Positions 28,406 through 37,794 of a DNA stretch of 64,000 nucleotides are shown here, piece after piece. The first letter of the stretch is position 1. Each line of letters opens with the position of its first letter. The stretch comes from an uncultured delta proteobacterium. Its GTDB lineage: Bacteria; Desulfobacterota; RBG-13-43-22. The position numbers were made by a program, and so were the translations under genes. The stretch lies in contig CAWJJC010000012.1 of the NCBI GenBank assembly GCA_963843145.1, positions 160,001-224,000 on the forward strand, in the 5' to 3' direction. Below the pieces are notes generated by a model that saw nothing but the letters and a program-made list of their open reading frames with translations, was not told the origin of the DNA and made no database searches.

Positions 28406-29471
28406 ATACCGGGATAAAGACCTGGCACAGAAACTGATCGCCGCCATCCGGTCCGAATCCCGTAAACCGGCTCGGTTGATGGAGGTTTGCGGCACCCATA
28501 CGGTTTCCATCTTTCGGCACGGGATTCGGCAGTTGCTGCCGCCTACGATTCAGCTTATTTCCGGCCCCGGCTGTCCGGTCTGTGTGACCGCCACCGAGGA
28601 TATTGATCAGGCGATCAAGTTGGCGCGATTCCCGGAGGTGACGGTGACCTCCTTCGGCGATCTGCTCCGGGTCCCGGGTTCGAATTCCTCCCTGCAGCAG
28701 GAAAGGGCCGTCGGGGCCGATATCCGTATCGTTTATTCCACCTTTGACGCCTTGAAATTGGCTCGGGAAAATCCATCGAAGAAAGTTGTTTTCCTGGCCA
28801 TCGGGTTTGAAACCACGGCGCCCACCATTGCCGCCGCGGTGGCTGAGGCGGATCGCTTGGACCTAAAGAATTTTTATATTCTGGCCGCTCACAAGCTGCT
28901 CCCCCCGGCCTTGGGAGCATTGCTGGGCATGGGGGAGCTGAACCTCCAGGGATTCATTTATCCGGGGCATGTGACCACCATTATCGGCACGGAAGCTTAT
29001 GAAGGGGTGGCCCGTAAGTTTGGAATTCCCGGGGTGGTCTGCGGATTTGAGCCGGTGGATATCCTGGAGACGATCCTGATGCTGGTCCAACAGATCGAAA
29101 AGGATGAAGCCCGGGTGGAGATCCAATATAATAGGGGGGCCACGGCCCAGGGAAATCCTAAGGCCAGGGAACTGTTGAATCAGGTCTTCGAACCTTGTTC
29201 AGCCATCTGGCGGGGTCTGGGCCCTATCCCGGAAAGCGGCCTGACCCTAAAACCGGCCTATCGCCGGTTTGCCGCCGAAGACGTTTTTGACTTGCAGGTG
29301 CCTCCAGCCCAGGACCACCCCGGTTGCGGCTGTGGAGAAGTGCTCCGCGGGATTAAAACGCCTCTGGAATGCGCGCTCTTTCGAAAAGCCTGCACCCCTG
29401 AATCCCCCATCGGCCCCTGCATGGTCTCCACCGAGGGCACCTGCGCCGCCTATTTCAAATACCACCAGTAA
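28383..29471 (+). CDS. hypD: Hydrogenase maturation protein HypD
   Basis: MEVCGTHT, GPGCPVC, GFETTAP, PGHV and GPCMVSTEGTCAA. Confidence 0.97.
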   Translation: MPLKHLSEYRDKDLAQKLIAAIRSESRKPARLMEVCGTHTVSIFRHGIRQLLPPTIQLISGPGCPVCVTATEDIDQAIKLARFPEVTVTSFGDLLRVPGSNSSLQQERAVGADIRIVYSTFDALKLARENPSKKVVFLAIGFETTAPTIAAAVAEADRLDLKNFYILAAHKLLPPALGALLGMGELNLQGFIYPGHVTTIIGTEAYEGVARKFGIPGVVCGFEPVDILETILMLVQQIEKDEARVEIQYNRGATAQGNPKARELLNQVFEPCSAIWRGLGPIPESGLTLKPAYRRFAAEDVFDLQVPPAQDHPGCGCGEVLRGIKTPLECALFRKACTPESPIGPCMVSTEGTCAAYFKYHQ

Positions 29472-29499
29472 AATCCTCCAACGTCCTGGAAGAACGGGT

Positions 29500-30273
29500 T
29501 TATTTCGGCAGTTCGTTGACGAAGGCCTCAATGGCCTCGTTGACTTCCCGTGGCTTTTCCATCATGACCAGGTGCCCGGCGTCGGGGACCACCACCAGGC
29601 GGGAAGAGAGGATCTTTTGATTCAGGCCTTGGGAAAATGCGGGGGGGGTCATTTTGTCCTTTTCGCCGACGATGATCAGGGCGGGCAGGGTGATGGTTGA
29701 AATGTTTTCCGAGCGGTCGAAACGGTTGCAGGCTATGAAATCATTGGTGATGATTGGGATAGGAGTCTGTTTCAGAAGCTGAAGCGATTGTTGAATCAGC
29801 AGGGGATCGGTGTTTTTGGGGAAACACCACTGGTTGATTAAAGTCAGGGTCTGATCCGGTTCTGTAAACAGGTTCTCCAGGATCTGGGGTGAGACGTTAA
29901 GTTCTTCTCCGGTGGAAATCAGGATGAGTCCTTCTAAAGGCAGGGACGAAGAAAAGGCCAATTCCTGGCAGATGGCGCCGCCCATGGAGTGACCGCCCAG
30001 GAAATAGGAAGAGATAATAAAATTGGACAACGCTTGTTCCACCCAGTTCGCATAGGCGCTGATGTTATCCCGCCCCGGCCCGAAACTGCCGCCGTGACCC
30101 GGAAGATCCAAGGCCAGGACATTCATTGTCCGATCGAGCCGGCGAAGCTGATGGAGAAATGTTTGGGCGCTGCTCCCGGCGCCGTGGATGAGAAGCAGGG
30201 TAGGGCGTTCCGGTAAAATTCCCTTTTCTCCGGTTTTGTAACCAATATCGGAAGACAAACCAAATATATTCAT
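29500..30273 (-). CDS. Alpha/beta hydrolase
   Basis: LIHGAG, DLPGHG, GHSMGG, GEKD and AGH motifs. Probable own start is MNIFGL (30273); the ORF track fuses it to etfA because of a frameshift. Confidence 0.8.
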   Translation of the reverse strand: MNIFGLSSDIGYKTGEKGILPERPTLLLIHGAGSSAQTFLHQLRRLDRTMNVLALDLPGHGGSFGPGRDNISAYANWVEQALSNFIISSYFLGGHSMGGAICQELAFSSSLPLEGLILISTGEELNVSPQILENLFTEPDQTLTLINQWCFPKNTDPLLIQQSLQLLKQTPIPIITNDFIACNRFDRSENISTITLPALIIVGEKDKMTPPAFSQGLNQKILSSRLVVVPDAGHLVMMEKPREVNEAIEAFVNELPK

Positions 30274-30377
30274 AGGGCAATGGAAAAAAATCCGAAAGGC
30301 AAACCGGGAGCGTGACGGCAGGTCGCCGCCACGCTGTCCGTGTGGGTCAGTGGCAAAAAAAATTCTATTGAAATTTT

Positions 30378-31365
30378 TTAAGATAGGATTTTTTTGAATT
30401 CTTCTTTTAACACCGGGACGATCTCGAAAAGGTCCCCGACGATCCCGTAATCCGCCTTCTGAAATATAGGGGCGTCCGGGTCCTTGTTGACGGCCACGAT
30501 GATCTTGGAGGAGCCCATGCCGGCCAGGTGCTGGATGGCGCCGGAGATGCCGCAGGCGATGTACATATTGGGGCAGACCACCTTCCCGGTCTGGCCCACC
30601 TGGTCGGTGTGAGGACCGCCAGCCGGCATCGACTGCCGAACGGGAGGCCCCCACGCTGGCGCCGATGACGCCGGCCAACTCTTCCAGGACCTGAAAGTTT
30701 TCACCCGACTTCATGCCTCGGCCACCGGAGACGATAAAGGTGGCCTCCGTCAGGTCGACCTTGCCGCTGGCATCAGGTAATGATTCCACCAGGGCCGTTC
30801 GTAAATCATCCGGTTTCAGCTCGACCGGGACGGCGACGATCTCGGCTTGGCGGCCGGGGTCCGGCTCCGCCACGGCCAACACATTGGGCCGGGCCGCGGC
30901 CATCTGAGGCCGGGCGGTTTCACAGGCCACGTCGGCATATACCTTTCCGGCATACAGAGGCCGCTTGGCGATCAATAGACCGTTTTCCATCCGGAAGGAC
31001 ACGCAGTCCTGAGCCATTCCGGTCTCCAGACGGGCGGCCAGTTTGGCGGCCAGTTCTTTTCCCTGGGCGCTGGCCCCCAGGAGGACGATATCAGGCCCCT
31101 GTTTCTTAATCAAGTCGGCCAGGACGGCCGTATAGGTTTCCGGGGTATAATCGGCCAGGGCCGGATCATCGGCCACATAAAGGGTGTCGGGACCGTAGGG
31201 GATCAACTTCTTGGCCTCTTCCCCGATCTGGGCGCCGACGACGACGGCCGCCAAAGGCTGGCCCGACTGATCGGCCAACCGACGACCCTCGCTGGCTAAT
31301 TCATACGATATCTTACGCAGGGTTCCCCCGCGTTGTTCGGCTATAATCCAAATTCCGTTTGCCAT
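30378..31365 (-). pseudogene. etfA: Electron transfer flavoprotein alpha subunit with a 1-nt frameshift (or sequence error)
   Basis: N-terminal part runs to [12 protein letters not shown]. The conserved continuation [29 protein letters not shown] lies in another frame, with one extra base at 30615-30617. Confidence 0.85.
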
Positions 31366-31380
31366 GGTTTCTTCTCCTTG

Positions 31381-32178
31381 CTAAATAATTTTGGCTTCTT
31401 CCCGCAACAGCTTGACCAGACCGGCGCCTTTTTCCTGAGGCGTTTCCCCGGAAACGATCTGGCCGGCTTTCCGTTCCGGCGGCGGGGTTAACCCCAGGAT
31501 CTTGATTTTGGAACCGGCTTCCCCGGCCTGGCTGGGATCCAACGCTAAATCAGCTAATTTTTTAGCGGCCAGGGGTTTCTTTTTGGCTTTCATGATCCCG
31601 GGAAGGGAGGCATAGCGGGGTTCGTTTAAGCCTTTCTGGGTGGTAATCAGGGCCGGCAGGGTGGATTCCAAGACCCAGTTGGCGCCCTCAACGGAACGCA
31701 GGATGCGGACCTTGGTCTTGTCTTCGGAAAGGTCCACTTTGGTGGCTACCGATAACAAAGGGATATTCAATAATTCGGACAAGGCCGCCCCGACTTGGCC
31801 ATTGTCATGGTCCACGGCCCTTTGTCCGCAGAAGACCAGGTCAAAAGGGACCGTTTTAATAGCGGCGGCCAAGGCCCGGGCGGTGGCCAGGGAATCCCCG
31901 CCGTCGGCGGCCGGGTCGTCGATATGAATGGCTTCATCGGCCCCCATGGCCAGGGCGGTGCGCAGGGATTCTACCACCCGCTGAGGTCCTAATCCGACGA
32001 CGGTGACTTTTCCTCCGCCCGCCTTCTCTTTAAGACGCAGGGCTTCTTCCACCCCGAATTCATCGTAGGGGTTCATCACCCATTTAATGTCGGCGGTTTG
32101 AATGCCCTTCCCTCCGGAATCGATCTTGATTTGCGCTTCCGTGTCCGGGACTTGTTTAATGCAGGCCAGTATGTTCAC
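31381..32178 (-). CDS. etfB: Electron transfer flavoprotein beta subunit
   Basis: IKQVPD, MNPYDE, ALAMGAD and NEPRYASLPGIMKAKKK. Confidence 0.95.
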   Translation of the reverse strand: MNILACIKQVPDTEAQIKIDSGGKGIQTADIKWVMNPYDEFGVEEALRLKEKAGGGKVTVVGLGPQRVVESLRTALAMGADEAIHIDDPAADGGDSLATARALAAAIKTVPFDLVFCGQRAVDHDNGQVGAALSELLNIPLLSVATKVDLSEDKTKVRILRSVEGANWVLESTLPALITTQKGLNEPRYASLPGIMKAKKKPLAAKKLADLALDPSQAGEAGSKIKILGLTPPPERKAGQIVSGETPQEKGAGLVKLLREEAKII

Positions 32179-32827
32179 GTTTTCCTCCTTTCCGTGTCCT
32201 GCCGCTGTGAGGAGCAGGACCGGGTTGTTTTGTTGTTGGGGGATCAGGGGTCACCATCCCCTGCAGGAAATAGCCGCTGATCTGCCGGGCGGCCAGGGGG
32301 ATGGAGTGTTTTTTTATTGGGGAAAGGACTAGGAGTCGGGAGATCTCGTCCAGGGCCCCAAAAAAAGCCCTTTTGGCAATCCCGGGATGGATATCGGACC
32401 GAAAAACCCCCTGGTCTTGTCCTTCCCGGATGATGGCGGAGATCAGGTCCAGGTACTGGGCAAATTGTTGATTATCATATTCCTTCATGAATTTGCTGCT
32501 TTGGCGGACCTCCACCTGAATGACCTCGGCCAATTCTTTATTTTTTTGAACCAACCCCAGGTGGGCTTGGGCAAATTGTTCCATCATTCGGACCGGATCG
32601 TTCTCCCGGGCGATGACGGTTTTCATTTCCTTAATGATGTTGGTCATCTCCTCCTCGAAGAGGTTGATCAGAATATCGTCCTTGTTGTGAAAATAGAGAT
32701 AGATCGTCCCATCGGCCACTTCGGCTTCCCGGGCGATTTCGGCAACCTTGGACTGATAGAACCCGTTCCGGGCAAAGATCCGAACGGCGGCCTCCAGGAT
32801 TTTCTTGCGCTTGTTGGTGTCTCTCAT
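32156..32827 (-). CDS. TetR family regulator, FadR(YsiA)-like
   Basis: KILEAA..FARNGF...VAEIAREAEVADGTIYLYF.NKDDIL; heads the etfBA unit. Confidence 0.9.
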   Translation of the reverse strand: MRDTNKRKKILEAAVRIFARNGFYQSKVAEIAREAEVADGTIYLYFHNKDDILINLFEEEMTNIIKEMKTVIARENDPVRMMEQFAQAHLGLVQKNKELAEVIQVEVRQSSKFMKEYDNQQFAQYLDLISAIIREGQDQGVFRSDIHPGIAKRAFFGALDEISRLLVLSPIKKHSIPLAARQISGYFLQGMVTPDPPTTKQPGPAPHSGRTRKGGKREHTGLH

Positions 32828-32886
32828 GGGTGTCGGCGAACGCGAAAACGGTGAGGACAGCTATGTCCCCCGGGGCCGTCTTCTTT

Positions 32887-32935
32887 CTGAATGAAGCGTC
32901 ATTCAGGATATAAATGAAAGAATGGCCGCTGTCAA
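32887..32935 (-). promoter_or_regulatory. TetR/FadR operator overlapping a sigma70 promoter
   Basis: Palindrome CTGAATGA-AGCG-TCATTCAG (32887-32906), immediately downstream of minus-strand TTGACA(32935-32930)-N17-TATATC. Confidence 0.75.
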
Positions 32936-33211
32936 GCATTTAATTGGGCAGAGATCTTTCCGTTGCCAATGATCAGGATAGGGAATAAAATATATTAAGA
33001 AAACAGCATAACTATAGAGGTTATTCTGAGGACGATTCAGATGACTCTTGACAGGGAGGGAAGGCCAATGGACTGCGCCGTAAATTTGGATCATATCCAG
33101 ACCGTTTCCAATGGTAAAATCGGCCCAGTGATCACCACCATTTCCTCGGATAAATTAGAGAAAGTCGCCGAGGCTATTCGATTTGCACTCACTATTTAAG
33201 AGGATTTACCC

Positions 33212-33766
33212 ATGGATTTGATCGCCAAATGGCAGCGCACCGGCCGGAAGGTTCTGCATTCCTTTCGAATTTTTTCAATCCGGGAAGACCGCTATCGCCT
33301 TCCCCGAAACGGTCGGGAGGTCCCTTTTTATGTCTTGGAAAGCTCCGACTGGGTGAATGTCATCCCCCTGACGGATTCGGGAGAGGTTATCCTGATTCGA
33401 CAATTCCGGTTTGGTACGGAAAGTGTCACTCTGGAAATCCCGGGTGGTATTGTGGAGCCGGGGATGACACCCTTGGAAGCCGCGCAGAGAGAGCTGTTGG
33501 AGGAAACGGGATATCAATCCGGTGAATGGGACTATTTGGGATACGTACACCCCAATCCGGCCTTTTTAAACAACCGTTGTCACAGTTTTGTGGCCCGGGG
33601 GGTGAAGAAGACGGGGGAAATCGACTTGGACGAGAGCGAGGAAATCGAGGTCACAACGACGCCCCTGAAGAACATACCGGATTTAATCGCCGCGGGGGAA
33701 ATCACCCATTCCCTGGTGGTTTGCGCCTTTCATTGGCTGGGGCTAAAAAAATTCAACCCCCAATGA
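33212..33766 (+). CDS. NUDIX hydrolase (ADP-ribose pyrophosphatase-like)
   Basis: Nudix box GGIVEPG.TPLEAAQRELLEETG. Confidence 0.92.
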   Translation: MDLIAKWQRTGRKVLHSFRIFSIREDRYRLPRNGREVPFYVLESSDWVNVIPLTDSGEVILIRQFRFGTESVTLEIPGGIVEPGMTPLEAAQRELLEETGYQSGEWDYLGYVHPNPAFLNNRCHSFVARGVKKTGEIDLDESEEIEVTTTPLKNIPDLIAAGEITHSLVVCAFHWLGLKKFNPQ

Positions 33767-33790
33767 ATTGGTCTTGGGAGTTGATTTTTT

Positions 33791-34450
33791 TTAACCGTCC
33801 GCCATCTTTGCCCTGAAAGTATTTATCGTCTTCTTGTAGTCCGGGGTGTGAAAAACGGCCGATCCGGCCACGAAAATATCCGCCCCGGCCCTGACCAGAG
33901 TGCCTACGTTGTCCGGGGTCACCCCGCCATCCACTTCGATGTCCACCTCCAGGTTTCTTTCCGTAATCATTTTTTTTAGGTCCCGGATTTTCTGAACGCT
34001 GCTGGGGATGAATTTCTGCCCACCGAAACCCGGGTTGACGCTCATGATCATCACCATATCCACCTCCTCCAGGATTTGATCCAGCAGAACCAGAGGAGTC
34101 GCAGGGTTCAGGACCACCGCCGGAATCATTCCGCATTCTCGGATCAGGTTTATCGTCCGGTTCAGGTGGGGACAAACCTCGATCTGGACCGCCAGGACAT
34201 CGGCCCCAGCCCGGGCAAAATCCGGGATGTATTGATCCGGGTTCTGGATCATCAAATGGACATCCAAGGGCAGGCAACTGATCTTCCGGGCGGCTTCTAC
34301 CATGACCGGCCCGAAGGTAATGTTGGGGACGAAATGGCCGTCCATCACATCGATGTGGAGGTAGTCGGCGCCGGCGGCTTCCACGGCCTGGATTTCCTCG
34401 CCCAGACGGCCGAAATCGGCGGAGAGGATAGAAGGGGCAATTCGTTTCAT
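33791..34450 (-). CDS. rpe: Ribulose-phosphate 3-epimerase
   Basis: APSILSADF, HIDVMDGHFVPN, SVNPGFGGQ and VDGG. Confidence 0.97.
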   Translation of the reverse strand: MKRIAPSILSADFGRLGEEIQAVEAAGADYLHIDVMDGHFVPNITFGPVMVEAARKISCLPLDVHLMIQNPDQYIPDFARAGADVLAVQIEVCPHLNRTINLIRECGMIPAVVLNPATPLVLLDQILEEVDMVMIMSVNPGFGGQKFIPSSVQKIRDLKKMITERNLEVDIEVDGGVTPDNVGTLVRAGADIFVAGSAVFHTPDYKKTINTFRAKMADG

Positions 34451-34518
34451 AAGGAATCCTTTAATTTTTATTCAGTCTGTAGGGAGGGGGAGTCCCACCG
34501 CCGCCGGTATCCGAAGGC

Positions 34519-34603
34519 TGTAGGTTGGGTAGATCAACGCGAAACCCAAGGGAGAGATCCCCGCCCTGGTGTGGGGTTTCGTTTTACTCTACCCAAATCT
34601 ACA
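34519..34603. repeat. Inverted pair of GTAG-type REP-like sequences (REPIN-like)
   Basis: TGTAGGTTGGGTAGA..CGAAACCC and inverted GGGTTTCG..TCTACCCAAATCTACA in the rsmB-rpe spacer. Confidence 0.7.
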
Positions 34604-34659
34604 TCTACTTTAGGGGGTACCATGGGTCGGTCCTTTTAACCAGCAACCTGCAACAGTTA

Positions 34660-36012
34660 TTATTTTCGGATCATCCGGGCGGCGAAGAAGCCGTCGGTGC
34701 CGTGTCGGTGCGGCCAGGCGTAATAATAACCCCGGGGATCAGCTAACTTTCTCGCTGGTCCCGGCAGATAGGGAGCTACCGAATCAAGGAAAAATTCGGT
34801 GTGCCTGGCCAGGAACCGTTCTATCACCCTTTCGTTTTCAAGCGGGCATAAGGTGCAGGTCGAATAAACCAACGTTCCCTTGGGTTTAAGGTATTCAGCC
34901 GCCTTTTGCAAGAATTTAATTTGCTGTTCTGCCAGGTGCTCGCTGTCTTCCAGGCGGATTCGCCATTTAAGGTCCGGGTGACGCCGGATCACCCCCCAGC
35001 CGCTGCAGGGGGCGTCGACCAGGATGCGGTCAAAGGCTGGTTGATCTTTCTGGAAAAAGTCCGGTTGCAGGAAATCCCCGGTCCGGAAGCGGATATTTTT
35101 TATTCCCATCCTGAGGGCATTTTTCCATAAATCCCGGACCTTCCGGGGGTTGGAGTCGACCGCTAAAACCGATCCCCGGTTTTCAAGGAACTGGGCCAGA
35201 TGGGTGGTTTTTCCCCCGACGCCCGCGCAAAGATCCAGGACCCTTTCTCCGGGCCGGGGATGGAGGAGATAAGCGATCAACTGGGAAGCCTCATCCTGGA
35301 TCTGGTAAAGCCCTTCCCGGTAAGGTCCCGAGGCATGGAGCGGGGCCTGAGGACGAAGGATACGGAGGCCCACCGGTGAGAAGGGCGTGGGGGCCAGCGG
35401 TCCGACCTCCCTTTCCAGACGAGGGCGCAATTCTTCCCGGCTGCCCTTGAGGGTGTTGACCCGCAAGTCCAGGGGCGGGATTTGATTGTCGGCCTCGCAG
35501 AGGGAAACGGTTTCCTTTGGTCCCAAGGTATCCAGCCAGTAGTTCGCCAGCCAGACGGGGTGGGATTGGGTAATGGTTAAGTAACCCGGGAGATCGTCGG
35601 GAGTGGGAAAGGCTAAAGATTCCTGCATGCGGCACAAAGCCCGAAGGGTCCCGTTGATCAACCCGCCGGTCCACGGCTCGGGCCCGGACTTGGCCAATTT
35701 GACCGATTCGTTCACGGCGGCCGAGGCCGGCACCCGGTCCAGGAGAAGAAGCTGAAAGGCCCCCAGGCGCAGGATGGACAGGGCCCGGAAAGAAAGTTTC
35801 TTCAGGGGGGCGTGAAGGCACTGTTCCAGCGCCCAGTCGATCCTGGACCGCCAGCGATAGACTCCAAAAAACAGTTGCTGGATAAAGGCGCGGTCGATCG
35901 GGGGGATGTCCGGGTGCTTTTCGTAGAGTTCCCAGAGCATTCGATCCGGAAAGAGGTCGGTTTTTTGACCATGAAGCAGGAGGGTCAGGGCCCAATCACG
36001 GGCGGAGGGCAT
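34660..36012 (-). CDS. rsmB: 16S rRNA m5C967 methyltransferase
   Basis: NusB-like N-domain, QDEASQ, DLCAGVGGKT, DAPCSG and YSTCT; follows fmt. Confidence 0.95.
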   Translation of the reverse strand: MPSARDWALTLLLHGQKTDLFPDRMLWELYEKHPDIPPIDRAFIQQLFFGVYRWRSRIDWALEQCLHAPLKKLSFRALSILRLGAFQLLLLDRVPASAAVNESVKLAKSGPEPWTGGLINGTLRALCRMQESLAFPTPDDLPGYLTITQSHPVWLANYWLDTLGPKETVSLCEADNQIPPLDLRVNTLKGSREELRPRLEREVGPLAPTPFSPVGLRILRPQAPLHASGPYREGLYQIQDEASQLIAYLLHPRPGERVLDLCAGVGGKTTHLAQFLENRGSVLAVDSNPRKVRDLWKNALRMGIKNIRFRTGDFLQPDFFQKDQPAFDRILVDAPCSGWGVIRRHPDLKWRIRLEDSEHLAEQQIKFLQKAAEYLKPKGTLVYSTCTLCPLENERVIERFLARHTEFFLDSVAPYLPGPARKLADPRGYYYAWPHRHGTDGFFAARMIRK

Positions 36013-36963
36013 TTATGGACCTAATTTTTCCCCAACCCGAAGGGGAAAACCAATCAGGAAATCCTGACTGTTCAGGCGGCGATGACCTTCCAACTGGACT
36101 TCCAATAAAGACAGCGTTCCCTCCCCGGTGAAGACCTGAATTTGGGCATTCTCAAAGGAAACTATGGTGCCCGGCTCACCGGAGGTCCTTTCTTCCAGGG
36201 GTTGAGCACGGTGGAGGATCAATCGTTTCCCCTGCAAAAAAGTATAGGCTCCCGGCCAGGGCGTTAAGCCCCGTATCCAGAAATCCAATTCCGGCGCGGA
36301 AAGCTGCCAGTCGATCCGGCCTTGGGATTTTTTTAAAGGGGGAGCATAACTGGCCTGTTCCGGGCCCTGGGGGCGGGCCTCTAAGGTCCCGGCCCGCAAC
36401 GACTGGAGGGTCTTGATCAACAGATCGGCCCCCAGATCGGCCAACCGGTCATGGAGGGTCTGGGCCGTGTCGGTTGTCGAAATAGGAGTCGTTTGCTGGA
36501 GCAGCAGATCGCCGGTATCCAGACCCGCGTCCAGGCGCATGGTAGTGATCCCGGTTTCTTTTTCCCCCGAAATCAGTGCCCATTGAATGGGAGCCGCCCC
36601 GCGAAATTTGGGGAGCAGGGAGGCATGAACGTTGATGGACCCCCAGGCCGGAATATCCAGAACAGGTTGAGGCAGGATCAAGCCATAGGCCACGACGATC
36701 AATAGATCCGGGCGAAAGGCGGATAGGGTTTCCCTCACGACGGGATCTTTAAGTGATTTTGGCTGCACCAGAGGGAGCCCGTAAGCCAGGGCCGTTTCTT
36801 TTATCGGGGAAAGGGCCAAACGCTGTCCGCGTCCTTTGGGGCGGTCCGGCTGGGTAAAAACGGCCAACACCTGTTCGTTGTGATCCAGTAATTTTTTCAG
36901 GGAGGGCAAGGCAAAGCCAGGGGTGCCCATAAAAACCAGACGGGAATAATCAGACGAGTCCAC
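36013..36963 (-). CDS. fmt: Methionyl-tRNA formyltransferase
   Basis: FMGTPGFA, TQPDRPKGRG and NVHASLLP.FRGAAPI. Confidence 0.97.
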   Translation of the reverse strand: MDSSDYSRLVFMGTPGFALPSLKKLLDHNEQVLAVFTQPDRPKGRGQRLALSPIKETALAYGLPLVQPKSLKDPVVRETLSAFRPDLLIVVAYGLILPQPVLDIPAWGSINVHASLLPKFRGAAPIQWALISGEKETGITTMRLDAGLDTGDLLLQQTTPISTTDTAQTLHDRLADLGADLLIKTLQSLRAGTLEARPQGPEQASYAPPLKKSQGRIDWQLSAPELDFWIRGLTPWPGAYTFLQGKRLILHRAQPLEERTSGEPGTIVSFENAQIQVFTGEGTLSLLEVQLEGHRRLNSQDFLIGFPLRVGEKLGP

Positions 36964-37096
36964 TAATAATAACCTCGCAAAAAGTCAAGAAACGACTTTC
37001 TGCTCGGCGGGGGAGGGTTTCCCACTCCCCCGCCATTGGAAATGAATTCCAATGGTGCCACCCCCACCCCAGCCCGGCGCTTAATCGCGCTCGGGC

Positions 37097-37627
37097 TTAT
37101 GATGGACTTTGAACGAGTCCATCATTTGACTTCAGTTGTTTTTGGCGCCGTTTTTTGTAAAGGGCCCTTTTCAGGGCGCTGATGCGGTCCAGCATGAGGA
37201 CTCCTTCGAGGTGGTCAATCTCATGCTGCAGGACCACGGCCAGCATCCCTTCTCCGCAGATTTCCACCGGTTCTCCCTGGGCGTTTAATCCCCGAACGGT
37301 AACCCGGGCGTGCCTTTTCACCTCCGTATAATACTCGGGAACGCTGAGACAACCCTCTTCCTGAGTTTGAGAGCCATCGGCGGAGATGATTTCCGGATTG
37401 ATCAACGCCTCGGGGTTTCGGGGCTGATCCTTGGGAGTGATATCATAAACGATGAGCCGCAGCGGTTTTCCCACCTGGTTGGCGGCCAGCCCGATTCCCG
37501 GCGCTTGGTACATGGTCTCAATCATATCCTCGACCAATTGAAGGACGGAGTCGTCAATGGCCGTTATGGGAACAGCTTTTTGCTTCAGGACCGGGTTGGG
37601 GTAGGTACAAATGTTTAAAACAGCCAT
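37097..37627 (-). CDS. def: Peptide deformylase
   Basis: GIGLAANQ, EGCLS and QHEIDH. Probable start is MAVLNI (37627), since the longer ORF reads through a repeat element. Confidence 0.95.
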   Translation of the reverse strand: MAVLNICTYPNPVLKQKAVPITAIDDSVLQLVEDMIETMYQAPGIGLAANQVGKPLRLIVYDITPKDQPRNPEALINPEIISADGSQTQEEGCLSVPEYYTEVKRHARVTVRGLNAQGEPVEICGEGMLAVVLQHEIDHLEGVLMLDRISALKRALYKKRRQKQLKSNDGLVQSPS

Positions 37628-37660
37628 ACCATAAAATAACAATTTATACGCCAAATGCAA

Positions 37661-37792
37661 TAGATTCTTACATCCATTGTTCTGAGAATTTGTCTCTAAC
37701 AATGGATGTAAGAATCTATATAAAAGACCTCGTCTTTCCATATATTTTGGTGGTTTTTTTTATAGCCAAAAATTTCAATAATTTTTGGCTAG
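37661..37792 (-). repeat. Dispersed bipartite palindromic element, copy B
   Basis: CTAGCCAAAAAT hairpin, spacer, then the long palindrome TAGATTCTTACATCCATTGTT..AACAATGGATGTAAGAATCTA. Confidence 0.9.
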
Positions 37793-37794
37793 TT

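Noticed and set aside
29500-31365. 621-aa EtfA-hydrolase fusion as a novel protein
   Set aside because: The linker is out-of-frame etfA plus intergenic DNA, and the true etfA C-terminus is present in another frame.
37628-37741. N-terminal extension of peptide deformylase
   Set aside because: It is read through the palindromic repeat; similarity to Def starts at MAVLNI.
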